This document shows positions 53,063 to 64,000 of a stretch of DNA of 64,000 bases, piece after piece (within the stretch, counting starts at the first letter, position 1; each line of letters starts with the position of its first letter). The position numbers were made by a program, and so were the translations under genes. Source of the DNA: Lytechinus pictus (taxonomy: Eukaryota); contig NC_087251.1 of NCBI RefSeq assembly GCF_037042905.1, forward strand, positions 45,076,001 through 45,140,000, read 5' to 3'. The notes beneath the pieces were generated by a model, which saw only the letters and a program-made list of their open reading frames with translations, had not been told where the DNA came from and searched no databases.

Positions 53063-53187
53063 GATGATGATGGTAGAAATGATGACGATGATGATGACTA
53101 TAGTAATAGTTATGGTGGATATAATGGTGATGATAATGTCGATGAAAACGAAGATGACAATGATGACGACGACGACGATGATGATGG
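52900..53187. repeat. (GAT)n microsatellite
   Basis: Direct reading; explains the poly-Met and poly-Ile ORFs. Confidence 0.95.
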
Positions 53188-54233
53188 TAAAATTAAGAAG
53201 GTTGATACATCTCATAAAGCTTTGCAGGTGATGCAAAACCACTTAACGATTTTATTTATCAGAATATAAAATGACAAAACCCATAATTTTAAAGGCAAAA
53301 CAATATTTTTAAAAACTTACCTAAACTGATATCGTAATTCTAAGCAACATGGATTAGATCTATAGATGCATATAATTATCTACTTATGATGATTACAAAC
53401 ATCATTGTTTGCATAATAATCATGGGTTTTGGGTGAATTACTAACATTATTTAAAATTTTGAAAATCTTTAATGTTAACTTTTTAATTATAAAAAATAAT
53501 CACTTGGTTCAGAAACAATATAGTCTGCATTGTATTTTGATTATTAATTTCTAAAAAGACTCCCCCGGCTCTCTTTCACCAACCCCCTTCTCTCTCACCC
53601 CCCCCTCTCTCTCTCTCTCTCTGCACCCCCCCCCCCCCCATCCCCACCCCCGCATTTACACTCTCTTCGTATTTCTTGTTCCATCTTCCTGTTCTTTCTG
53701 CTTCGACTGACAACGTCCATTGCTGTCTATCCATCTCCACTTTTTTTAATCAGAGCTCAAGACTTATCCAAGTATTTCACCTTGCCTTAAACTTGGAGTT
53801 TTCTCTCTCTTCAGTTAACCCAAATCATGCCAATGTGAGAATAAAAGAACATTATTATCTGCGTTTGACGGTCTTTAACCAGTCAATATGCAACCCATTT
53901 GATGAGCGGAGGGAAGAAGCATTGGTCTTGTTTGCGCGGGTCAACAAGCCGACAGCTTCGGCTCAAGTGGGCTCGGCCGTGCGGTGGCGAGGCGTGACTC
54001 GAATCCGCAACAAGTGGGCTAAGAGCAGCCTAGCTGTTGGAATCATAAGAATTACAGAATTCTAGCATTCTGCCATTCTGTGTAAAGGGAAATATGTGTC
54101 GAAAAACGAAGTAACTTACGTGAATGTGTTCTACATCGAATAAAATAAATCATTAACTACATATTCGTATAGACATAATGTCTTACTGTAACGTTTCATA
54201 AATAAAATACAATTGATTCACTCATAAAAATTA

Positions 54234-54507
54234 CACTGTTAAAGAAAAAAAGCAAAAGTTTTTACAGGGAAAAAAGAACGACTAGTTCTCAATACTTATA
54301 AAACAGAAAATTTTCTGCAATTTAACAGAACAGTTCCTACCCCCCCCCCCAAAAAAAAAACGGATTAAAAAAAAAAATTTATTACAGGAAATTTGTAAGG
54401 TTGTATAACCCCATGAAAAATTCTGTACTTTTTACACAATGTAAGACGTATTCTCGATCGAAATCTTGCTACAGGACACCTTTTGAAGAAGAAATGTTCT
54501 CACAGTG
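54234..54507. mobile_element. CACTG-terminal (CMC/EnSpm-like) MITE, copy 1
   Basis: TA|CACTG ... CAGTG|TA; internal TTTTCTGCAATT and AGGAAATTTGTAAGG motifs shared, inverted, with 61926 and 62649. Confidence 0.7.
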
Positions 54508-55167
54508 TAGCATTTCATATAAAGGGAATAATTTATTTCCTTTTTTCAGACACATGTTTTTGCCGAATAGGAATGACGATTGACACCTTGCAGAGTTCTT
54601 CAATAAAAAAAAACATAAACTTTTTTCTGTGACATGTGGGATGATGCGTTTTAGATGTCTTAATTATTAATCAACGTTTTGCTTTTTTTTTCTAATATAT
54701 AGGCCTATTGATATATATCATCTTATTTGTAAATAACTCAATGCACACAAGTTGGAGATGATACGTGCAGAAAAGCGCTTATCATTCCATCGCTTTATTT
54801 GTCGAGGAAACATATATGAGAGGATAACAGTTCAATGTTACATGCAATGTCAATAAATAGGAACGTAATAAAATCGATATATATCCACATTCATGTGATA
54901 ATGATAATACAGTTATGGCAGCGGCCAAAGTATGATACCGATAAATTTTATCTCCTCAACCAAGTCTTTAAATGATTCACTGAACATTGATCGAATGTGT
55001 TTTTCTATATTTAAAATTCTGATTGACTCTTTGGGCTCCCTTTTGATTGAAATGTAAGTAATGTATCAAATCACAAGACAAAACATTAGAATAAATGTCT
55101 GTATATTATATTGTCTGGTATCAAAGATAAACATTGAAGTACAGAGTGTCTCTGATATGATGCAGAT

Positions 55168-55424
55168 CAATGGCATACAGATGTGCGGGCGGGGGGCACT
55201 TGCCCCAAAAATTTTCACGACCAAGAGAAAAAAAAAGAGAAACGGAAAGAGAGAAGGGTGAAATATGACATTATTTTCTGAATATCATATAAAAATCTAT
55301 CACAAAATTTGAATTTTGCAACAAAATTATCAAAATGTTGCCCGCTCGCTAGTAACTTTCTATGACTTTTACGCGATACGCCATATATAGCCCCCTAAAA
55401 AAATTGGGGCTCATTACGCCACTG
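55168..55424. mobile_element. hAT-type MITE
   Basis: TIRs CAATGGCATA / TACGCCACTG; 8-bp flanks ATGCAGAT / ATACAGAT (7/8 match), consistent with a hAT TSD. Confidence 0.8.
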
Positions 55425-55731
55425 ATACAGATATTCATGATATTGCAAACTATACATTGTATAAAGATTGCAGGAACATTAACCAATAGTTTTGAATATT
55501 ATGATTCATGTTGTTACAAACATAAAATTGAAAAGAAAGGGAATAAGTGGAAAGTTATTGCATTATGGTAGTAAAATGTCTCTAGTTAGTCGCCTACTCT
55601 TTCGCGAATGTAAAAAAAAATTAATATCGAGCATAGTCACTGTAATGGTTCGATTACTTTTAGAAAGTAAACACACAGGTATATGTGAACCTAATCTAAA
55701 CTTGGAATGGTCAATCTTAGAAGTTCCCATT

Positions 55732-56459
55732 TTATTCTACATAATATTTTGATGAATGTAAATAGGAAAAGAGGTTCAAAGTTATTTTACACCATTATTT
55801 CAAATAATATAAGTATTAAGTCTAAAGCTGAAGAAAGATGGATAAATATTTTACAAGAAGAGATTGATTGAAAATCTGTATGGTTATTTAATTTACAAAC
55901 TGTCAAAGAAAATAGAATAACAGAGTTTAATTATAAGTTATTACATAATCTTTTACCTCATAGATATAATTTGTATAAATGGAAGTTAAAAGATTATCCT
56001 TTATTTTCACATGACAATGAAATACAAGACAGCGTACATTTATTTGTAACTTGTAAAAAAACACAATTATTCTGGAAAAAAATTAGTAGCATTGTGTATA
56101 AAGTTGTAGGTCTTAATTTTGATTTTAATGTTGCTACTTTGATAAAAGGATGTGAGTTAAAAAACAAAAGTATAGAATTTTGAATCTTATTATATATGCA
56201 AGGTATGCTATTTATTCAATTTTTATTCGAACAGAAAGTCGGAGTTGCAGATTTCATGAGTTTGGTATACTTTGTTTATTCGAAAGGTTGATTTGTAATC
56301 GTTTAGAAATAGAGAATCGTTGTAAAAGTAAAAATTTGTGTATTTTTTAATACAGTATTGTTGAAGAAAATATTTTATGCTTTGTATGGCATTGTTTACA
56401 TTTTATGTAACTATTACATGTGATTATTTATCAATGAAATTATTTTTAAAAGAAAAAAA
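55732..56459 (+). mobile_element. 5'-truncated L1/Tx1-clade LINE (ORF2 C-terminal zinc-finger region, 3' UTR, A-tail)
   Basis: Reads EID*KSVW..KENRITEFNYKLLHNLLPHRYNLYKWKLKDYPL..HLFVTCKKTQLFW (zf-RVT-like) with a stop at 55869; A-rich tail; 13-bp TSD AGAAGTTCCCATT at 55719-55731 and 56460-56472. Confidence 0.88.
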
Positions 56460-57310
56460 AGAAGTTCCCATTATATATTACTTGAATTAATATCCGACTG
56501 GTAAAATCTCTTAATCGCAATTAAAAAGAAATACTCCAATAAGCATTGCTCATTATGAAATATTTATGATTTCAAAGGAATGCTTAATCCTCTAAACAAA
56601 AGAATTCCGTTCTGAGAGAGGGAGTAGGAGAATAAATACGAAACCTAAAGTATTTTCAGACGATAACAAAATTGTTTCAACAATGATGAGAGTCTTTCTG
56701 AACAATTTCTTGTCACTAAAATGCATTATCATCAATGATAAGTACAATTTGCAAATGATGCATCATATATGCTCTTTGTCAGTGTCATCATCTTTACTCA
56801 ATAAGATACCAAGTTAATGATAAAGTTTTTTTTATTCAAATGTTATTTGAAAACCAATGTTTAACTTACTAGACATCCAGAATTGGTATACGTGAGCCGA
56901 ATAGGGTTATGCATGGGTGAAAACTTTGTCTCGACTTGGTCATAAAAGGAGGTTTCTGAAACTTGAGAGAAACCAAATGGTAACCCTTCATCAGAAATTG
57001 ATCTCAGTCAGCGTACCAAGGCGTGGTTGATATATACATTAGCTCTCATAATATATAAATAAAATCTTACTAAGACCAAAGCTGTGGTAAACTAACGATA
57101 ATTTATAAGTATTCACAATTTTCTTGTATCTGTCATCTTAAGTTGACAAAGTGTATCATTGCCTTATTAATATTTCACTTGTTTATTTTCATCGTAATTG
57201 CATCATTGAACAAAGCATCCAAATCAAGGCATTAAATAGAGTGCTGATACTGTATCATGTCAGAGGAAAATATGATATTTTTTGTTTATGGTTCTTTCTT
57301 TCTGATTAGT

Positions 57311-57546
57311 AACACTCTAAATCGCAGGATTTTCAATAAATCCAGGTGGTCTGTATAGTTAGGGACCAACCGAATTTTGGATTTAGTTTGAATTCTAATA
57401 TTTGTTTTTAAATCTCGATGTATTTGAAATTCATATCCTTTGAGATTTAAAAAATAATCTTTAGGATTAAAACTAAATCCATAATTCGATTGGTCCCTAA
57501 CTACAGCCCACCTGGATTTGTTTTAAATCCTTCAATTTAGAGTGTT
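57311..57546. mobile_element. Foldback element, almost entirely palindromic
   Basis: Imperfect inverted arms of about 105 bp (AACACTCTAAAT...ATTTAGAGTGTT; TAGTTAGGGACCAA / TTGGTCCCTAACTA) around a short spacer. Confidence 0.85.
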
Positions 57547-58579
57547 TAGACCATCTGATAGGAGAGGAAAAACCCCGACAACTTCGTTTATCTCCAGTTC
57601 GTATGTCTGTTTGTTTGTGCGTCTATTAAATTTCAAATAAGAAAGTGTACACATCACGTGTAAGTGGAAATTCAAGAGACATACCACTTTGAGTCCTCTA
57701 CGAGGGACTTAACGTTGAGGGCGGATGCTATACCAAAGGGCACTAATTCAGTGATAATGTATATGACCATGCAGGCTCAACATCAGATCACTTTTATCAT
57801 TCGGAAGTGTTCGGTAACTCGTTTACTTTGCTTTAAATACCATTGAATTACTGATACTTTTTTTCAAAAAATGACCAAAAGTGACGAAAAGTATAGTTTA
57901 CAGTCAGGCATGTTTACAGTCAGGCATGTTTACAGTTGACAGAACTCACAGACAACCACAGGCTCAAACATTTGATTGTGTCATAGTCTTCTTATATTAT
58001 AATTTTGTGTTTTAACTTCCTCGTCGAAAACTATATAATATTGACTCATTCGTCACCCGATCATTAAACTAATTATGTTTTACCCTAGGAAGTAAACAAT
58101 CTCCAAGGATCTAGTTCAGTTCACGAAAATGAGATGTTTTTACTTTTTAACATACATCATTTTCATCAAACATCAGGGGCAAGATTCGTAATCGATATGG
58201 GGTGTACTAGCAATTTTGTTGAAAATTGAAGGATTGAAGGATTGATCACTCGGCTCCTACTAAGAGGAATGTGCTTAGGGACATTATCTCTCATATATTT
58301 AGAGTATAAATTAATCTAACAATAATTAATTGTAGCTTTATAGTAACTGGTTTGCCAAAGACTTACGATCGATATCAATTGTGTAATTGATTGTATATTT
58401 TCTATGGACAGGGTATATCCTTTACTCAATATTATGGTATAACATAATGATAATAACACGTGAAATAATAGGTATTTTAATATCATGTGCGTAATCTCCA
58501 AAGAAATGAATCGACCATTATTTTCATGAATTTGATATTATTATGCACGGAAACAACCATTAATGTATATACAAACCAC

Positions 58580-58775
58580 TTTTCAGGATTTCGAAAAGCA
58601 ATTACCCCCTCCCAGATTTAAAAAAAAATTATGAAAAATAAACAGCCACGGATCCCAAAAAGATTCACAAGCAAAAAAACAAAAACAAAATGAAAAAAAG
58701 TCATCATTCAGACAAGAGGGGCATTTGGTATCTCGAAAAAAAAATTGACAAGCCAAAAAGAAAAAAAAAACGTCA
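58580..58775. mobile_element. Internal fragment related to the GGATC-terminal MITE family
   Basis: Repeated TTGACAAGC-polyA and TCACAAGC-polyA motifs, as in 16390-16510 and 45510-45590. Confidence 0.4.
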
Positions 58776-60951
58776 ATCCCGACCACAGACTTGAAGTCAT
58801 GGAAAATTAATCTTTAAAAAAAGAGAAAGAGCAAGTACTTTGCATGTGCTCAGTTTTAAAATGGATTGCCTTGGTAGTATAGTGCTGGCCATCGCAGAGG
58901 GCAGAGTTGTAAAATGTAGTGAAGTGGTGAGCTACTCTGTTCGAGAGAGGTGAACTCGTAACTGTTATTTCATGATCATTTTTTCGATTTGAATACAAAT
59001 TTCGTTCGTTATGACCACTGTCAAATTCATTCTCAATTTCACACTTATTCATTTCCAACAGAAAGACGTTTCTATTGATTTTTTACAATATAAATCAAAT
59101 TATTGTCATGCAACAAATGAATTTACAGATGAAATAACTAATCAGCTATTATTTTTATTGTCCAAACTATCTATTTTGATTGTTAAAATTCCATGTAATA
59201 AAGTGATTGAAATTGTACTTTCTTTTAAGTAAAGTATGGTATTGTAATCAACTACTCTAATATTGGTAATAACAATATTAATGATAATGACTATTATAAT
59301 GACGATAATACTTTACTGTAATAGTAGTAACTATTATTAACTCCAAATACTACTACTAATAAAAGCTATTTTCATCCCTTTCATCATTTTCGTTGGAAAT
59401 TACATTTCGGGTTTCAAATGCTGTATTACTATTTGTCTTAATTTCAAAACGTTAGCGCTTTTGACAATGTATGTGTTATTAAAATGATTAATAGAACCAT
59501 ATGATTACATGATTGCAACATACTAATTAAACTGACAGATAAATCATAAAATTTGAAAATAAGACTTGTCATTATTTCTTGATGTTAATTGATTACTTTA
59601 TGGTTTTAAATATTATCCTAATTATGATTTTGGATATATTATCAGAAATATACAATTAATCAAAATTAGACTAATCACAAATGTCTATCTATTTCCCATT
59701 GACGATAAGATTATGACATCATCAAGTCTAATGATTTTGGTGGTTTTGCATAAATTAGAATTTAAATTGTCATTTACCATTATGATGTAAGAGATAAAGA
59801 ATTTCATATCACAGTTTTGATACCTTAATTGTGATTTTCTTTTGCGAGTGCTTATACAATTCTGCTAAAACTAACAATATAATGTTAATTGATATATGAA
59901 TAATAAAAAGAAGGGGAATTTCTATGGAGATCCATTAATAATTGTAGATCCAATTCTTTCTTGAGCTAAATAAAATCAATTTCAACCACCCCCAAAACCG
60001 TGTATGAAGTGTAATTTTCATTATGACGATTACGACATGACAATCAACTGATCAAAATTGTGTGCAACTCGTTATAATGTCTCGCACGCTTCGGAGCGTT
60101 ACGGTACCTCTTATAAGCCATCGAAGAATGTACCAAACCACGTAAAAATTATTTCATATACATGTAAATATAAATCGATTTCCTCTCCGCATTTCCTTCG
60201 TTAAAACCTACAAATAACGATCCCCTTCATTCGATCAATGGTTTATATTAGCTATCCATACGCAATCATAAATAAAGTTGGATTTTATTTGAGACTGAAT
60301 GGATACGCGGAGGGAGTCTTGAAACGAAAATATCAATCAAAATCTTGTGAAACAATGTTAGGGAATATTGTGGTGGGCAAATAATTAATGGCTGAGGTAA
60401 AAAATCAGCACGAAACAGGATTTTCTTGGACTGACAGTTATTGCGTTAGAGTGGCATTGATTTTTTTTTATACGGATGTAAAAGGCTTTGGATGAATAAA
60501 TAGGATGTCAGTCAAACTCTGAAATGAGATAAACTTACAAATTAATTATTCTTTGTCACCCATTCAGCTTAAAATCAATGAAGCCATACACCATCGATTA
60601 TGATAAAATAACATATAAATATAGATTAGAAAGAAGTTATCACACACCAGCACAAAGCACGTTAATTTCACGACTTTCAAGACGAAAGGATTATTGTAGA
60701 TATAAAACAAAATGATTGGATTGATGAATAAATGAAACAAAAATCAGAGTGTATTCGATGCTCTTAATGACCTCGCTTATCATGATCATCATCTCAGCAC
60801 TAATTCTGCTTTAAGTGAAATTTCACAACAAATTACATTCAAATTTAATAATCAACTTGTCACTTCTTTTCAAACATCGATCTTCTTTAGGCTACATGTT
60901 AACCATTGGTGATTAGTCTGATACAAGACAATATTCGGGTTTCTCAAGTTA

Positions 60952-61251
60952 TACTGTAAAACCTGGAGTGTTGATACACAAAACACGCAACTTGTGTCAT
61001 TGGCAACAACACCATGAAGCATTTAATCTACACCGTGAAGTTTACATATAACACTGAATTAAAGAGTGTAAAATTATCAACCAAAGGTGTTGTAATAACA
61101 CCCATAGGTATCATTGAACTAACACCTCAAATTAAACACCGACCGGAGTAAAGGACTGGTGTAGTCATCTTAGAAGTACACCAATCAACACTACATTTCT
61201 GTTGTGTATAGGTCCTACACATTAATATCACTAGGTTGTGTTTCTACAGTG
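60952..61251. mobile_element. CACTG-like MITE rich in ACACC/GGTGT motifs
   Basis: TACTGTAAAA ... TCTACAGTG termini; many ACACC/GGTGT subterminal repeats. Confidence 0.55.
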
Positions 61252-61302
61252 TAAACAAATTCTCCTTAAAAGTTATTGCGGCAGTGTCGAGGATACCTTT
61301 AA

Positions 61303-61913
61303 AGGTCAAGTCCACCACATGATTGTTGATTTGAATAAATATAGAGAAAAATCAAATTAGCATAACGCTGAAAATTTCATCAAAATCGGATGTAAAATAA
61401 GAAAGTTATGGCATTTTAAAGTTTCGCTTATTTTTCATAAAAAAACCCAGTGATATGCACAACTCAGTGACATGCAAATGAGACAGTCGATGATGTCCCT
61501 CACTCACTATTTCTTTTTTTGTTGTTGTTGCTTGAATTATATAATATTTAATTTTTTAACAAATTTGACAATATGGACCAACTTGACTAAACCATATAGT
61601 ATTAAACAATGCTATAATTCCAAATGTTCAGGGAGGAATTATTGTTGTTTCATTAGAAAATGGGGAGAAAATTAGAATATTTCATATTTCATATAACAAA
61701 ATACAAAAGAAATAGTGAGTGGATGATGTCACCAGTCTCCTCATTTGCATACCGACCGGGATGTGCATAAAACTGTTTTGTGAAATTAAGCGAAACTTTA
61801 AAATGTCATAACTTTCTTATTTCACATCCGATTTTGATGAAATTTTCAGTGTTATGTTTGTTGGCTTTTTCTCTTTTTATCCAAATAACTTTCTGTTGGG
61901 GTGGACTTGTCCT
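61303..61913. mobile_element. Kolobok-type MITE, family A, copy 3 (inverted relative to copies 1 and 2)
   Basis: TTAA at 61299-61302 and 61914-61917; same TIRs; internal asymmetric segment is reversed. Confidence 0.9.
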
Positions 61914-61925
61914 TTAATCTCACTG

Positions 61926-62153
61926 CACTGAGTAATCTTACAAAAATGGTGTTTGGTGATTGAAACCTTACAAATTTCCTGTTAAAGAAACTTTTGTTTG
62001 CCCCCCTTTTTTAATAGACCCGTCGTATTGAATTGCAGAAAATTTCCCGTTGTAACAATTTACAGAATGTTTCTATTATTTTTTTTCTGTGAAATCTTCT
62101 GTTTTTTTTATTTTTATTTCTTCCTGTTAAATATTGTTTTTTTTCTAACTGTG
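61926..62153. mobile_element. CACTG-terminal MITE, copy 2
   Basis: Reverse-orientation match to 54234-54507. Confidence 0.6.
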
Positions 62154-62648
62154 TAAAACTTTTTGTTGTATACCACAATTCGTATGAAAAATACAAAACA
62201 ATCTCGATTCACTGTATCGAAGAAAAATGGCAACGAAGCCCGATGCTTCTTTACAGCTTTATAACGAACTTTGGTGAAAGAAAGTTGGTTACGATACTGA
62301 CAATACGCTTCTTATAATCCTCGCACGGACCAAACAGATCATGCACGGGGTGACTGAAACTGCCGAGAGACAATCTGGTGCAGGATTTTTATTTGCTCTA
62401 TCATTTTTGGTGATTATTCGAGTGTCTCATTTTTTTTCTGCGTCAAGGCCAACTCTTTATTTCCTATGAATAGATTAACAAGTTTTTATCCTCTCTCCCT
62501 TATAGGCATATAGTTTGAACAGTAAAAAATAATAATTTTCATGAGTTATTGTGATGATTTAAACCTTATCACTTGTCAAAAATTTCTTCTTTATAATCCC
62601 CCAAAGTTCCTGCATGCACAGAGCTCGCGAACACCTGCAATCTTACTG

Positions 62649-62827
62649 CACTGTGAAATCTTACATGTAATGTGTAAAGTGGCAGAAAACTGGTATTTGG
62701 TGTTTGAAACCTAACAAATTTCCTATAAAAAACTTTCCCCTTTAAAAGAAAAAAAAACATGATCTGTTAAATTGCAGAAAATGTCCTGTTATAATTTTTG
62801 TCTTCAAAATCTCCTTTTTTAACAGTG
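62649..62827. mobile_element. CACTG-terminal MITE, copy 3 (shorter)
   Basis: CACTGTGA ... TTAACAGTG with the same internal motifs. Confidence 0.65.
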
Positions 62828-64000
62828 TTCTATAAATATGTTAGACATTTTTAGTAATAATGAGCTTATCGTTGTTTTCAAGGCCTTTTCAACTCACAGA
62901 CCATGTATTTTACCAACTACGATATAGCAAGCACTACATGAAATATTGTCAGCAGAATTAATAGGGAAATGACAACACTCATATAATCAGAAACAGATAG
63001 ACAGAAAAGATAGATAAAGACAGAATCATTACATTGAAATCGAAAAAAAAAATCATAAGCATATATAACAAGCAATACACGCGAAATTGGAAAAGAAGGG
63101 AGCAAAACATATTTTTTTACGGTTGTAAAATGAATAGAACCAATATAGTACATTTTACCCTATAATATGCTGTTGAAAGTGATTATATCCAATTAAATGT
63201 AAAAAAAAATTGTTTAAAGTTTACATGAACCTGTTTTAATTGGATTCATGAGTTTCTAGAAATCAACCACATACTCCGTAGACCTATATCCTCTGAACAG
63301 AGAAATTTTGCATCTATTTATGTATATTGATGCATGGATATATGAACATTGTCATAAACGAGGAAAAACAGGATTATATAAATAAATACATGCATACAGG
63401 TTGATATCAAGACAGGACGATTTCAAAAATTGTGTAGATTTTGTAAGTATTGTGATAATAAATTAATTCAAACACATTAACGTTATCATTCCATTAAAAG
63501 GCAAACTTTTGCTAATAATATAGCAGTAAATCATCAAACTACATTTGTAATAAGCGAGGGTAAGTGGTGAAAATTACAAACTTTAGATCCTATTCAAGTT
63601 CCAATTGTAGGTTTCTATTGGATTAGATTTGGACGATTAAAGGAATTTTGGATGTGTTTTTTTTACCATGGTTTTTTGTCTCAATAATTTCTTTGCAAGC
63701 CACGTTGGGTCATTGTGTAGCTTAATATTCGATATGTTTGTACAAATGCTAATGGTAGATTAAATCTTGCATATCAAATCACAATTTCAAGTGCTAGCCA
63801 CTCGTGTTGGAGTGTGCAGCGATGTAAACTGTCAGCGTTTATACGTGACTAAAGCAGTATTGAAACTTTTTTTTGCAATAGATTGCAATTTTTCCACTCC
63901 AACACTCCCTAAATGCGATAAGTAAGAACATTTTTTGTACTATAAGTTTCTCTTCTCATTTCTGTGACGGCGTCCCGTTTTTAAAAAGCAGCAATCCCAA

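Noticed and set aside
52774..53242. Poly-Met, poly-Ile and poly-Ser ORFs
   Set aside because: Translations of the (GAT)n microsatellite.

Overview
AT-rich, repeat-dense, mostly non-coding eukaryotic DNA. The repeat families look like those I remember from sea urchin (echinoid) genomes; this is an inference, not a search result. None of the ORFs in the supplied track is a convincing intact gene. The best-supported genic signal is absent from that track: two small, phase-compatible minus-strand exons (33488-33546 and 32844-32900) that splice to MATTHPVLNFARLHPMAPASIPQADPGYDIESWSEKNA(R/S). They are preceded by a 26-codon uORF and a CpG-rich promoter-like region with a perfect 16-bp CRE palindrome. 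A sharp CpG-depletion step at about 33 kb suggests that 1-32.8 kb is the methylated body (a very large intron) of that gene and 34-64 kb is upstream intergenic DNA. I do not recognise the protein. The rest is: TTAA-flanked (Kolobok-type) MITEs; hAT-, Harbinger- and CACTG-type MITEs, some nested; two or three L1/Tx1-type LINE 3' fragments, one with a clean 13-bp TSD; micro- and minisatellites, including a 6-unit constant-core/variable-(CAY)n array; and about a dozen CpG-containing unique islands that may be cis-regulatory modules. I saw no rRNA, tRNA, CRISPR array or recognisable miRNA. Coordinates were read by eye, so ends of degenerate repeats are approximate.
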